A DNA stretch of 64,000 nucleotides from Yuukianura sp. NJ FZ-2021 (taxonomy: Eukaryota). The position numbers and the translations under genes are program-made. The stretch is from positions 3,472,001-3,536,000 of the forward strand of contig CM102285.1 in assembly GCA_046563655.1 (NCBI GenBank), written 5' to 3'. The first letter of the stretch is position 1; every line of letters starts with the position of its first letter. Shown here piece after piece: positions 38,795 through 53,042 of this stretch. The notes under the pieces are model-generated. The model saw nothing but the letters and a program-made list of their open reading frames with translations, did not search any database and had not been told where the DNA came from.

Positions 38795-41400
38795 TTATTC
38801 TTTGGTAGCATCAAATGAAAACTCTATTGTCCCGTTTTTGGACGAAAACGAACCAGTACATAGAATTGACACGGTTCTTCTGCCTTCTGGTTCGTTTTTG
38901 AAGAAGTAAACACCTTGTTTACAGTTTCTGTCCCATGGAAGTGACATGCCTGCCACGATTTTTTCTTCGCTGTTAGGTCCCGTGGAAATGACAATAGTTT
39001 CACCACTCGGAGTGACATGATGCCATTCCATCCAAAGTGATACTCCGTTTGGAGTTTTCGACGTCTCCACTCTGACGCTAGACGACTGTGATTCAATCGG
39101 TCCGGTGAAATCAAAACTTAGCAATGTAATGGCTTCGCTGCATGTTTCAGACGGATATTCCCATAATGGTTGAGCATCTATTTGAGCATCAGAAACTTCT
39201 GAAGAGTTCTGCTGAAAGTAATTCAAAACATTTCGTTAATCATGGACTGATTGAAACAAAGATCCGCTACAAGCTATACAGTGTACGACGTACCTGGATC
39301 AAATTGTCGAAATCCACTATATCGAAATCGCCATTGCAAACTTTCCCGACAGAAGATCGAATCTTCCATAGATCGCGATACTCCACCATAACGAGTTTGA
39401 GAACGGCTTTACTAGGGAATGTTTTCACTGATGAGAAGATATTTTTCAATTTCTGAAGAGAGTACCAGTAAGAAAGGTTGTGCCATGGAAGAACGGAGGA
39501 ATGAAAGCATGGATCACCAGCAACCACATCAATCTGAAAGTACAAGAAAAAATACTTTTGAATTAAAAGTTCCATGTGAAAACGTAGCAAGGCGGGTGCA
39601 AGGCGTTACTTGATTCTCGAGTCCAAGATCTTGCAAATCTTTTACAAAGGTAATACGATTCCGAAACTCAGAGTTCTCCAATAGTTTCTTCATGGCTCGT
39701 TCAGAAAAGTCGTTTTGTTCGAGAACAAAAACGTTCTTGGCTCCAAGTCCTGCCAGAATGAAAGGGAGGGCTGAACTGTCACTGAGGACTAAGCAAGTTG
39801 TCTCCTCATTTACTACAGGAGCGAAGATTCTAAAGTACTTCTGATGACGACTTGTATCATTGAACAGCCCAAGATGAGATCGACTCATGGCAATATGAAT
39901 TCCACAGTTGCAAACTGGAGCTAAAATATTTGGTGGGTCTTCCTTTTCGCTAAGCTGGAACCAAAAGGCATATTCGTCATGGAATGACTTTAAGTAGTAA
40001 ACAGTCATATGCTTCAAATGAAGAGGTCTTGGAATATAGTAGATTGACTGCATCCAGTGATCTCTCCAAAATGTTTCGACGCCCGACGCTCCAGAAACTT
40101 CAGATGTAGCCCAACTTGGTCTCATCGAAATTGTATTGCTAGGAAGGTCTTCACTAGCCGTTGATGACATTTGGAGATCCCACCATGTGAAAATGGCAGT
40201 GGACGGATGGCTGTCGAAAGCACTAAACGCGACTATGCTGGTTTCTTCGTTGGGAATTCTCTTGTGATGCTCGGCAAAGTCGAATCTACAACAGCAAAAT
40301 AACAGAAACAAAAGTAAAGGCACTCGTAATGCTATAAAAAAGTTGGATATATTACAGCGAATGGATTGTAAAGTTGATAGTTGACAACGTACTGAAAGAC
40401 TGCAATTGGAGGTGACAAAGGCTTGAACTCTTCTTTCTTGATTTCACTCAGTTGTACATCATGAACGCAGGGAACGCCAGGGCACTCGCTCACTTCGTTT
40501 GGAAATTCAATCACAGTGCCGTTAGGGCATTGGATTGGGTTCATTTTATTCCAGTTGGTAACGATTGGACAATGGACAACTTGGGCGTAGTAAGTTGCTT
40601 TTGTAGGAATACAAAACGCTCCCTCCTATTATAATTATTCGAGAGTATAACTACACCGTAATAGCTTGGTGTTTTAATATAATTTTTACTTACGGACAGC
40701 AAGAACTGGTGCGCATGGTTGTAGGTTCCAATTGCACCTTCACCTATTAGTTCAGTATCGAATACTTCAGTGACAAGAATATTCGCTCTGGTTTCCAAGT
40801 CCTTGCCAACCCCAACCTCTAATTCCGTTGACCGTTTCGGAATTAATTTTATTCGCTCAGAGAATCCGTTATGTTGCATTACTCTTGCAGCACATTTAGC
40901 CATTGGAGCGAAAGCCTGTAAACGAAAAATTGAATAGACATAAAACAGGCATGTAGGAAAATATCCAATTGGTTTGTACACTTTGTAAAAAACTGTAACT
41001 TGCCTCACAAGCATAAATCGTATCAGCTCCTAGCCTTGCCGCCATCATGGACAATAAGCCGGTTCCGGTGCCAATATCCAAAACAATCACCTTCTGCTGC
41101 TGACGCCTTAGCTCCAGTATTGCTAATCTGAGTCCGTCGTAGTATTTCATGTTCTGAAGGAGTGAGATGAGAAGAAATTATAAGTTAACCCTGATGAACC
41201 CCTTTCGTTTCATGGCGAGGACGAAAAAAACTTTGACCTTGGAAGTTTCAATCGTTGCTACTTACCCTGTCGTGATCGTGCAGCATATCGGCATATGCTG
41301 ACCTTGCAACTTCTTGATGATAATCGTAGTCTTCGGATTCTTGGAGCCATTCCATGGATCCGGTGACGACATTCAATTTCTGAATAAACGTAGATGACAT
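38795..41400 (-). CDS. PRMT7: Protein arginine N-methyltransferase 7 (multi-exon)
   Basis: [63 protein letters not shown], and a second degenerate methyltransferase module (LPWHNL, DLWKIRS, QPLWEYP). Confidence 0.95.
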
Positions 41401-42766
41401 TCTGGAGTCTCTGATCCAACGTAAACGTAATGCTGTATTCCTTTTCAAATTGCAAAAACGTCCTCCTAGAAAAAGCTTCCTGATGATTCTTGCCAGTGTT
41501 GTAGTAGGTGTTCCTGCAAATATATTGTAAATGTCAACTAATTCTTAAATTGATGTACTAATCAATTAATCCAATTGTATAAAGTGATGCAAAAAGATTA
41601 CCTTAACACGTGCGAAAACAGTAAACACAGACTGTACTTGATCACGTGGTAAAACAAAACATTATGGGTGTGACAAATGAGCAGATAACACCAGATAGTT
41701 GAATAGTATGAGGGTGAAAGTGAAATATACCGTATCTAATGCGATCGCAATCCGAAGATGCGGATATCACAAATAACACCTTAGCACATACAACGGAAAC
41801 GGAATGAATATAATTGATTCATATTAGAATTGAATGTACCAATTTCATAAAAGTAAAAGTTTTGTTAACAACGTCCCACATAAAATTATTAATATAAAGT
41901 TTAGTGGTTTTGAAGGTAAGAATTCTTAAAATTTGATAAATTACAAATACCCGTAAGCAAGTAATTTAGTCAAACGTGAAGAAATCAAACATGAAGACAT
42001 GAAAAGTGAAAAGGTCAAAAAGTATGTTTTTTTCATGCAGCAACACAACGTGATGGTGCATATACAAATTTTTTTTAACCACATGGACCGTTTAAATAAA
42101 ACACGAGTAAATTCCGTTGGTAAAAACTGTCGGATGGAAGCGTTGCGTCCAAAATTGTTTTCATTACTATTTCAAATTGACCTTTGACCTTTGCTTCAGG
42201 TTGATTGAATAGCATTTTGATTTCACGTGCTATTTTAAACGTTTTAAACGCTTATTTAAAACCAGGGCTACATCAAGTTTTAAACAAAACATGAACAATT
42301 GACAAAATTGCATCGAAATGGAAAAGCGATTTGCTGATATATTTCCTTGCTTGTCAATAAAAATTCAGGGAAACTGTACCAAATTATAAGAAAGAACCAA
42401 GTAAAGCAACGTAAAGCAAAGTCTTTGTTGTCGAAATTGTGTTTGTTATAGCAAATTGCACGTACGACAACAAAGACTTTCTTGCTTTTACTTTGTTCTT
42501 CCTTTAATTGGCAAGGTTTGCTCTCATGTTCACTCACAAACAAATAAATCATCTTTGAGTGTTTAGATTGACGTGCCACACCCTGCTGGTGTCCTTTTAT
42601 TTGAGTAACATCGAGTGATTGAGTGTGATTAAACGTTTAAATAGACGGCTACGCTGAGTTTCAAGAATAATCTATCTCATTTAATTTAAGTCGTACAACA
42701 GACTGTGTTTCAGGAAAACACACGCAAATCCACTCCAGAACCTAAGAAGCGCACGCAAAGTTCGCC

Positions 42767-44716
42767 ATGTCCTACGTCACACTGCGACTAGCTGCGATAT
42801 TCTTTTTCCTTGCACCAATTTCGGAATTATTTAAAACTGCCACTCCAAATACGAGCTTGCCCTACGACATAATTGATAACAAAATTTCAAAAGTGTCAGC
42901 ATTGCTTACGAAGGTATTATTTAGTGAACCTTGTTCACTGAACATTGTACTCAGGCTTGAACATGTTGTGGTTGACAACCCATGGGAACTGCTGCCAGTA
43001 CATCTACAAACGTTGCCATCAGCTTCTCAAGGAATTTCTCTTCTGACAGTCGACAACATACTGAACTTTGTGGATTTACCGCAAAAGAGACATAATTGTC
43101 TTGTGATTTTGCTCCCAGTGGGGGAACCGCCAGAAAATGTTAACTTCTCAAGAAAATTCGATCAGCAAATGGTATACTTTGTATTCTTGTCAATGACGTC
43201 GCTGGACTCTGATTGGCTAAGTTCACACCAAAAACATCTCAAACACAAACTGTATTTGAGTTTTGATGGACAAAATAACTTAGTCGTTACTTCAACCTTT
43301 CACTCTCCGGAAAAGTCTGGCAGGCTTTTGGCAGCTACTTCGACGACTTCCGTGAAACTTGGTTCTCTATCCGAATACTTTCCAGAATATTTTGAAAATC
43401 ATGGCTTTTTCGGACAAAGGCTTACTGTTTCTGTAGCTACACGCGCGACATGGCTTGTAGAACTTGAGATGTCAAGGGATGGGGCGTGGAACTTTCGGCG
43501 CGGAACTGATGCCGAACTGTTACAAATGCTCATGCGCCGGTTTAACTTCACATCTTCTCTGGAACCATCATCTGGAGGTGGCAGTACAGGTCGTAACATT
43601 AATGGAACCTGGCTTGGATGTGTAGGCGACGTCTACGAAGGTCGAGCTGACATGGGCACATCCGTTGGCATGACACCGGACCGTGTATCGGTGATTTCCT
43701 TTGGTCAGCATAGCAACTACGCTCGGCTTACGTTCGTCACTGGCAATCCCGAAAAGTTCTACACATGGAGGTCTGTTTACAGTCCACTTGCGCCAAGCGC
43801 ATGGGCAATGATTATGCTCGGAATATTTGTGACTCTTGTTGTTTCCTGTGCAATAGCTCGTACGCATGCGCAGTCTGCAACCTTTAGTGCTCTGGCATGG
43901 TATACATTCGACACCCTTGTGGAAAAAGGCTCTACAATTTTAGCATCAAAATTAAACAGCGCCACCTTCCGGCTATACTTTATCACGTGGTTTATGTTTT
44001 CCATTGTAATGACGACTGCTTACCGTTCAAAGCTTATTGGATTTTTGATGTTTCCTAAAACCACGACACTTCCGGAAACGTTTAAAGATCTTGCAGCCTC
44101 TGACTACAAATTGGTTTTACAGTACCTCGGAGGCCTAGCATACGAAAAACTTAGGGTTTCAACAAATCCCAGTCACCGTGAAATTTTTGCAAAGTTGTAT
44201 CTACAAGAAAATGTTATCAAATGCATCAATGAAACGCTAAGTTCCCATGCAGCTTGTATTGTCTGGGGTGAAGTTGTGGAATACTTGAAGTATTCAACAT
44301 TTTCAGATAGATTTGGACGTTTGGCGTTTACGCCTGCGCCAGTCACGATTTTCTTCACCCCTGCTGGACTTGTTCTGCCTAAACACTCTCACATTCTACC
44401 AAGCTTGGACCGAGTCGTTGGGAGAGCCACCAGTATGGGCTTGTTTATTAAGTGGCTAAATATGGATCACAACTTCATCAAGCGGGAAAGTTGGAAGAAT
44501 TTGAATTCAACATATACCGCTCGTCTTGTATTTGAAGAGAGCAGGGACGTGTTAACGTTGAGTCATTTGCAAGGAGCCTTTTTCGTGCTTTTGGCGGGAC
44601 TTATTTTTTCAGCTTGCATATTTGCTGCGAACAAAGCAATTACTAATTTAATTGTTAGAACTTATACAAACATCGTCTTATATCTTATACGACGTATCTC
44701 ATGCAACCTCATGTAA
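42767..44716 (+). CDS. Divergent ionotropic receptor (variant iGluR family), intronless
   Basis: 649-aa single-exon ORF: signal peptide, S1 lobe GTWLGCVGDVYEGRADMG, M1 SPLAPSAWAMI, M3 FSIVMTTAYRSKLIGFL, M4 LTLSHLQGAFFVLLAGL. Confidence 0.9.
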   Translation: MSYVTLRLAAIFFFLAPISELFKTATPNTSLPYDIIDNKISKVSALLTKVLFSEPCSLNIVLRLEHVVVDNPWELLPVHLQTLPSASQGISLLTVDNILNFVDLPQKRHNCLVILLPVGEPPENVNFSRKFDQQMVYFVFLSMTSLDSDWLSSHQKHLKHKLYLSFDGQNNLVVTSTFHSPEKSGRLLAATSTTSVKLGSLSEYFPEYFENHGFFGQRLTVSVATRATWLVELEMSRDGAWNFRRGTDAELLQMLMRRFNFTSSLEPSSGGGSTGRNINGTWLGCVGDVYEGRADMGTSVGMTPDRVSVISFGQHSNYARLTFVTGNPEKFYTWRSVYSPLAPSAWAMIMLGIFVTLVVSCAIARTHAQSATFSALAWYTFDTLVEKGSTILASKLNSATFRLYFITWFMFSIVMTTAYRSKLIGFLMFPKTTTLPETFKDLAASDYKLVLQYLGGLAYEKLRVSTNPSHREIFAKLYLQENVIKCINETLSSHAACIVWGEVVEYLKYSTFSDRFGRLAFTPAPVTIFFTPAGLVLPKHSHILPSLDRVVGRATSMGLFIKWLNMDHNFIKRESWKNLNSTYTARLVFEESRDVLTLSHLQGAFFVLLAGLIFSACIFAANKAITNLIVRTYTNIVLYLIRRISCNLM

Positions 44717-45816
44717 CAAAATTAACGTTGAAAATTAACGGCGGCTGATGCAATGTCACACTTCAGATTTGGTAAAAACGGAACATAGAATTTAAAGGTT
44801 AATACCATTGAATCAAAAAATTAGGTAAACAGAATTTAGATAAGCAGGAAACACGTAAGTCAACATTAGGTAAGCAATGCATTTAGGTAAGCAATTGATT
44901 TAGGTAAGCAGAAAAGATATATAAGTGGAAAATAGGTAAGCGGCATAATTAGGTGAGCTGGCAAATTGCATAAGCAGGAATTAAAGTCCCAACTACATAG
45001 ACAATGAAATTAAGTAAGCAAGTAACTACACAAGGTAAATAGAATACTACTAGGTAGTGCGAATGGGAACTTTGTTTGGTAACTATATAAGAATAGAAAT
45101 TTTAGAGGAATATTTTGTGAATTGGATTTTGACAAGAAAATGTTTTCGGAATAAAAACTGAAACTTGAGGAAAAATAATTCAAATTACTACTACAAGCAT
45201 TAAAAGTAAAATCAAAACATTTTTTTGCTTATTGTTTAGTTGGTTATTGTCCGTGATTGCAAGTCTTGTACACCGCATATTCAGAATGACTGCATTTTTA
45301 AACACACCTAGCATTAACATTAGGATATTTAACAATTTAGTTGTTGAAATCCTTGCTTCCATTATGCAGCAGGACTTCTTATGTTGTCTGTAAATAAAAA
45401 ATTCCGGATTTTTGGGTTGGTTAGCAAAATATATATTACACGATGCGTCACCAAGGAAACGTGTTTCTAAAAATGTTTGTTTAGTTTCTACCTTTTATAG
45501 TATTTTTATGTTCTGCCTGCTACCTTTTTTCTACCTTTTACTATTTCCTTGCGTTTCTAATCTTTTTGTTTTGAAAATTGAAAACTTCGATTTGAAACGG
45601 TTTTGGGACTTTGAACTTTTTTAAACCAATTGAAAAGCGGAACAAAGGTGGTCTGACTCAACCGTAAAGTCATTTTGAATTTCGATTTGAAAAAGGATTC
45701 TGTAGGCTATCCAATCTTTCGTCAAAATCATTTTTCAAAAAATCAAAATTCTAAAATCTGTAATTTTAAATTAACTATTTTATTTCTCCTTTAAGATTAG
45801 AACGCGTTGTTTTGAA

Positions 45817-47456
45817 ATGGACACCAGCACCAGTCACGGAAAACATTTTCACAACTTACCTCCCGAGGTAATTCACATCTAACTTTGTTTGAAAACTGAA
45901 CCACAATTCAATTTTCGTTTTGAAATTTTCAGTTGCTTGATAAGATCTTTGAACACTCCAACCCTACTGACCTTGCACGACACCGGGTCGTTTGTGCCTA
46001 CTGGCGCAACATCATTGAGTCCATGTACACTACACGCCTGGAAATGACCAACGCCAACTGGGAAGCATACGTTAAGAAGTCAACTGCCTCGAAGATCCAT
46101 CTCAAGCTCAACTCCGTCCAGTATCCAATTTACCAAGTGCCAGAATTCATTGACTTTGTGTCACGCGTCACAAATCTGGAATTTACCGGGATCATCTTGG
46201 AAGATAATGTCATCAACATTCTCAAGAGATGTGGCAAAATCCAGTCACTCTCTATTGGTCATGTCAGAGTAGACGCAATTCCACGTCGTCCCGACGTCAA
46301 CAACAACACGGATGATTTGGTGCTTGATTTGACGCAATTGAACATTGGAAATGTAGAGAACGTGCCTGCCCTTTCTACGGTGACCAACCAAGTTGCGGCC
46401 ATGCTCAAACTAAACTGTTTGAAGGAACTCAACCTCAGTTCAAATTTCGACATTACAGACGTTTTGCGTTTGCTTTTCCCCAGAGTTTTGAAAGAACTGG
46501 CACCAACTACTCTGCGTTTTGGTAGTCGCGATGCAACTAAAGCCATTGAGCAGATTTTGGACAAACAACGGCAATCCCTCCAACTCATCAATTTCGGATA
46601 TGTACATGGGATACCGCAGCGGGCGACGCATCAATTTTTTATCAAATTGCATCCGTACGTAGAAGCATCAGGGTCTGCAAATTCTGCGAATGGCATCCAA
46701 AATCCTCAAATCTGCCAATTACAACTTCAAGACTTTATTCTAATCCCAGACATCAACGCAATGCTGCTCAAAATTTTTGAAACGCAATTCAGAATGATGT
46801 ATCTGGACATTGCCTACACTAACCAGGCAGATTTGGATCAAATCCAAAACATCATCAACAACAATTGTCAGACATTGGAGAAAGTTAGAATTCGATCAAC
46901 TGAACCCGCTGAGGACACTTTTCGCCTCTTGAGTTGCTCTCATTTTGCAAAATGTTTGAAATTAAAGAAACTCACACTTCGTTCAGGAAATAGGAATCGG
47001 AAGGTCAAATTGGTTGACCTCTTGCATCTTCCAACTTCTATGGAAAAGTTGTTTCTCACTGGCTTTGTTCCAACTGGATCAGCAGAACTATTCGGAGTCC
47101 CTGGAATGTCGAAGTATCCAAACATGGCCAAAGTGTCACTCGATGAGGTCCCATGGTTCATTCAAGATGAAAATCCAGTTGAAGTTTTTGAAACTACGCA
47201 CCTTCGCTGGCTTTTGAACTTGTTCTCTGGCATTCGAACACTGATACTTAGTGTCAATTGGATCCGTCAATCAAATTCGATCCCCGAAATTCCGGCTTCT
47301 TTTTCACCGGAATTTATGTCGTGGTGTCGCCAGGGTGGAGGAGACAATATCAAAATCGATTCTTGTGTAACTTGCAGCGGTGGCATCAGCAGTCAAAACG
47401 TTACAACACTTCACAACTTCACCGCTTATATCTGCATCGGGACTTTCCCACAATAA
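45817..47456 (+). CDS. F-box protein with LRR-like C-terminus, copy 1 (2 exons)
   Basis: Exon 1 MDTSTSHGKHFHNLPPE spliced to LLDKIFEHSNPTDLARHRVVCAYWRNII (F-box consensus LPxE...IF...VC..W). LxxLxL repeats downstream. Confidence 0.85.
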
Positions 47457-48119
47457 GGTTCAATCTGCTCGAATCTTCACCCTACTTCAATTTTCCGTAC
47501 TTTTCATTTCTACAATAACAATTTTCAAAAAATCTAACGTACCAAAAATACTCAAGGTACATTTGTGCATAAAAGTAGGTAATTATGCAAGAAAAATAAA
47601 AATATGAATTTTCAAAATTAATTTACATGCCCTTCTCTGTTTTGTTGTAACTTATTATTAATACACGTCAAGAGCAAATGCTCTAAAATATTATACATGC
47701 ATAGAGTGGCTATGGGTTCTTACACATGTAAACGTATGATATATTTAACAAAATGGTTGTTTCAAGTCAAGGTAAATTAGAATACCACAGTCAGTGTATT
47801 TCTTTAGTAGGTTTAGTAAAATTTTGAAAAAAATAATGGTTCTTGATTTGTAAGGAAAACTCCAAGATGTCACCAAGGAAATCCTACAACAAGTATGAAT
47901 CTGCCTTTCATTAGTAAATTGTCGTTTATGCACTAAAAAAAGTCAAGAATTTTTTTAAACCAATTTTGAAATTTCGAAAAGTTGGTGTTTTGGAACCGCA
48001 TTTGTGTTCGTCAGTTTAAACTTGGACTGTGTAAGTTTTATTCGGCTATAAATCGTATACGATAAATATATCAGCAATCAATAATTTTTATTTCGTTTAA
48101 GTAAATCTGACCTCTAAAC

Positions 48120-49800
48120 ATGGGAACAACCTCCAGTCACCAAAGACACTTCCAAAACCTTCCTCCACATGTAACTCTAAATGTCTTAACTGAATTAAAC
48201 CACAATTAACTTTACTTTTTAACTGTAGCTACTGAACACGATCTTCGTTCACTTGGATGCATCTGAGCTTGCTCAAGCCCGAGCCGTTTGTGTTTCTTGG
48301 CGCAAAGCCATAGAATCTCTGTTCCACACACGTCTGGACATGTATAACGACAACTGGGAAACATTTGTGAAAAAGTCAACAACATCCAACATTCATCTGA
48401 AGATGATTGATGTCCAGTACCCCATATACATTGCACGAGAATTCAAAAACTTCATCACTCGCGTCAACATTCTGGAGCTGACTGGATATGTTCCAGACTA
48501 TATTCTGGTCAACCTTCTATATAGCTGTCCTCCCCTCCAGGCACTCACTGTCAATCATGTCTCTTGCAACGGTTATGGACGTATTAGCAAGGTTAAAGTT
48601 CACGGCATTGCGGGATCGTATCTTGATGTGACCCAATTGAACATCGGACAGCCAAAGAATGACGAAGAGCATTATGTGTTTGGTTTTACCACTTCCGCTG
48701 CTTCCCTTTTACTCAAACACAATTCTTTAAGAGAATTGAACCTCAGTTCATATTTCAATGTCTCAAACACTTTGAATTGGATTTTCGCCAGTATTTTTGA
48801 ACCAACATTGCCTAATGACATGTCGGATGTAATCATCAAACAGATTCTGCCCGAACATCGTCAATCCCTACAACTCATAAGTTTTCAGTACAAATGCGGT
48901 GAAGTCATACCGAGTACGTCGCCTAAAATTTTCATCAAATTCCATCCGCACGCAGACGCCTCAGGAACACCAGCTGAAGATTTGGCCAATCAGATACCTC
49001 AAATTTGCGAATCACACTTATACGACTCTTATCGCAATTATGATAACCGTCGTCGTGAACTTACTGAAAAACTGCTGAAAATTTTTGAAACGCAGTTCAG
49101 AATGAAGAATCTGGAAATCTATTACAGAGATCAATCAGACTTGGATCAAATTCAAAACATCATCGAAAACAATTGTGGAACTTTGGAAGAAATTTCTATT
49201 ACATCAATGGAGAATGTGCAAGAAACTTATCGCTCATTGAGTTGCTCATGGTTTGCAACATGTTTGACCTTGAAGAAACTAACACTTTGCGCAGACTATG
49301 AAAATCGGAAGGTCAAATTGGTTGACCTCTTGCTTCTTCCAACTTCTTTGAAAAAGTTGTCTCTTACTGGATTTATTCCAACTGGATCTTCGGAACTGCT
49401 CGGTGGAATCACCGAACCATCGCAGTATCCGAACTTGACTGAAGTGGTACTGTGTCAGCTCCCTTGGTTCATTCAAGATGGAAACCCAGTTACAGTTTTT
49501 GAAACCACGCAACTCCGTTGGCTCCTGGACTTGTTTTCCAAAATTCGAAAACTGACACTTAAAGTACTTCCGCTTGACCAAGTCATGTCGCTACAACGGG
49601 TGGCAAGTACTATCGGCTTGGAGGATATTCCAGATTTTGTTTCACCTGAATTCGTAACGTGGTGTCGCCACGGTGGAGATGACAATGTAAAAATCGAATC
49701 AATTGGAGTTTCGCGCGACAACAACAACAACCAGCCAAATGTGTTTCATGTTCGTCGCTTAACTGTGCATGAAATATTTATTCGAAATCACCAACAATGA
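48120..49800 (+). CDS. F-box protein, copy 2 (2 exons)
   Basis: MGTTSSHQRHFQNLPPH spliced to LLNTIFVHLDASELAQARAVCVSWRKAI. Paralogous to copy 1 throughout. Confidence 0.85.
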
Positions 49801-49977
49801 AAATCAATCTGCAACATCCATAACTCACTTTTAGAAAAATCTAAAAAAAATTTTTGAAACTCATTTTGAATACTTTGATATTTCGAAATACTGTTAAAAC
49901 TAAACAGCAATCACACAATTGTGCTTACAATTAACAGTAAATAAAACATAAAAATCTGAATTTTAAAAACTTTGAAT

Positions 49978-50110
49978 GGTTCCATGCCATTGTGTCAATT
50001 GAATTGTATCAACTGCCATTGCATCAACTGAATTGTGTCAATTTGAATTGTATCAACGCTCAATTGTGTCAACGGCTACTTGTATCAACCAACGTAACCT
50101 AACCTAAAAG
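49978..50110. mobile_element. Truncated foldback-MITE arm, related to the element at 13435
   Basis: Starts ggttccatgccattg, identical to the reverse complement of the 13690 end. Then aattgtRtcaa subrepeats and a TAACC tract. No second arm seen. Confidence 0.6.
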
Positions 50111-50502
50111 CTAAACTACCCTTTGAATACCTTTTTGAAAATAGATTTACCAAAATTGTGCAAAAAAGCGTCGTCAAGGAAATCCGGAAAACCTACCTTT
50201 GTTACACAGATTTTGTTTGCAATAAAAATTATTCGATTCACTAAACTTCTTCCTTTCTTTCTAAAAAAGTAATTTTTCACCAATACTTCTGGAACACCGA
50301 GAGGACTTGAATTGCGAAGAGTCTTGGAATTTAATAAAAATTTTGAACAGAGGAATCCGTAAGTTTCTTAATCTGCCGAAATACTTTTCAAATGTACATA
50401 CTGTACATAATTTTGAAATAGACTAAATCGAATTTAGATAAATTTCAAAAATTCGAGAAAATGAAATTTGACTTTTTTTAAAGGTTGGATCACAATTCCA
50501 AA

Positions 50503-52151
50503 ATGGATACCATCGCTAACCACAAACAACGTTTAAACAACCTGCCTCCCGAAGTAAGAAATCAAAACATAGTCATTTGTGTTAAATTAACTGCAATTAA
50601 CATTCAACTTTTTAGCTGCTGAATATCATCTTTGGATACTCGGATTCGGCTGACCTTGCAGAAAACCGGGTCGTTTGTGCCTACTGGCGCAACATCATTG
50701 AGTCCACCCGCAATACCTACTTAGAAATGGACAACAACAATTGGGAAACTTATGTCCAGAAGTCTACTGCACCCAAGATCCATCTGAAGCTAAAGAATGT
50801 CCAGTTCCCAATATACCAAGCACCAGAATTCGGTGACTTCATGTCTCGTGTCAACATTCTGGAGATCACCGGCAACATTCCAGAGTACAACGTCATCAAC
50901 ATTCTCAACGGATGTGGCAAAGTCCAGTCACTCGCAATTGATCGTATCAAACTTGATAGTCTGCGACGTCTTGGCCAATCCAATGTTGAGAATGAGTTGA
51001 ACCTTGATTTGAAGCAATTGAAGATCGGAAAGGCTCGGCGCCACAGGAAGCATACGCAAGACCTTCTTTCAGTGACTGATTATGTTTGCGGTTTGCTCAA
51101 ATCCAATTGCTTGACTGAACTCCATCTGAGTAAAGTTTTCGAAATCGACAGCGTTTTGTCCTTGCTTTTTCCGGAAATTTTTGAAGAAGAGCCGCTTGAA
51201 GAGTTAGAAGACAAAGTCATCCAGCGGATTCTGAATCGACAACGTCAATCTCTCCGACTCATCAAGTTTTACTACAGACACGGTGAAGTTGATGAAGAGC
51301 CTGAAGAGTTCATCAAATTTCATCGGTACGCAGACGCATCAGACACAAATCCGGGGAATCACAACCTACAAATTTTCGAATCACGCCTGCGTTGTTCTTG
51401 GCACTACCGTCATTTTCCTGGATTACTTTTGGGTGTTTTTGGAACGCAATTCCGAATGAGAAACCTTGACGTCACTTACTCTGACCAAGAAGATTTGGAC
51501 CAAGTTGAAAACATTATCAAAAACAATTGTGCAACATTGGAGGAAATTACAATTGGATCAATGGAGAGTACGGAAGACACTTATCGCTCACTCAGTTGCG
51601 CATGTTTTGCAACATGTTTGACCTTGAAGCAACTTAAACTTCGCACTGATAATCGGAAGGTCAAATTGGTTGACCTCTTGCTCCTCCCGACTTCTTTGGA
51701 AAAGTTGTCTCTTATTGGCTTCATTCTAACTGGATCTTCGGAATTGTTTGGAGGAGTCACCGAACCGTCGCGGTATCCGAAATTAACCGAAGTGTCGCTG
51801 GGTAACCTCCCATGGTTCATTCAAGATGGGAAGCCAGTGACAACATTTGAAACTACGAACCTTCGTGGGCTTCTGAATGTGTTTCCAAACATTCGGAAAC
51901 TGAGTCTTAAGTGCATTCGTCTTGACCACTTCCTTACAGTACGTGAGGCAAATGCTATGGGCATGGAGAGTGCACCACGTCCTGTTTCACCTGAATTTGT
52001 AACATGGTGTCGCCAGGGAGGAGGAGACAATGTTGAAATTACTTCGATTGAAATTTCCGGCGACAATGACGACAACCAGCTGAACAGATTTGGACTTCTT
52101 CGCTTTGATGAAACGGTACATGAAATATGTATCGGAAACACCCAACAATGA
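50503..52151 (+). CDS. F-box protein, copy 3 (2 exons)
   Basis: MDTIANHKQRLNNLPPE spliced to LLNIIFGYSDSADLAENRVVCAYWRNII. Paralogous to copies 1 and 2. Confidence 0.85.
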
Positions 52152-53042
52152 ACATCAATCTGCTCAACTTCAATCTACATTCACCTTATTTTTTTTTTCA
52201 AAGATCTTTGAATTTTTGAAACAACTGAATATTTTCAAAATACTTTTCAAATAAGTGAAATCACACAATACTGTAAAAAAAAGAAATGAAGAAATACTAA
52301 ATAAAAAATGAAATCTGAATTTTTGAAAACTATCATTTAATTTATATAGTTATAAAAATGTAGAATTCTTTTATTAGAGAGATACTTTTAATAGAATTTT
52401 AAAGCGAAATTCAGTACTTCGAAAAATTTGTATTGAAGATCCACTTACCAAAAATTGGTAATATGAGAATATAGTACATTTCCTTTTGTCGTGTTAGTAT
52501 TTAGCACCGGAGCTAAATAAAAAAGTGGAAATGATATTTTACGAATCCGAAAACTACAAAATGAAAGACAGTTATAGAAAGAACAAAAAATACAAAATAG
52601 GATTGTCCTAGTTGAAGGACACATACGAAGCGCTTGTACAATTTTATCAATGTAATAATTTTGGGCGTTCTAATTGGAATTTGTGTTCTGGTGAATCAGA
52701 CTATGTTTTCTACACGTTGAAAGTGGCACGTTCTCGACGAAGAATTTAGTTTAGATTTTGTCTAAGCAGTGCCAAAAGCTTTCGGCGTGTATGGAAACGG
52801 AGAGTCATGAAGCCAGCCATAGGAAACTGAAGGGAAAGCATCAAAAATACAACAAGTGAGGACTTGTTTTATTCGTAGACGTGTAAAAAGAAAACGTCAT
52901 AAACTTACGCCGGTGAATTTGAGTTAAAACAAAAGTAATTTGAAACCGTGGACATATTGGCAATTGATTTTGAGGTGTCTTCGAAGCCAAATTGTCACAA
53001 TTAACTGACTGAGAGTTTGAATTATGACTGTTGCATGAAAGT

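Noticed and set aside
44815-45060. Cluster of AGGTAAGC motifs resembling splice donors or micro-exons
   Set aside because: Degenerate ~17-bp tandem repeat, probably a decayed TE arm. No acceptors or coding frame.
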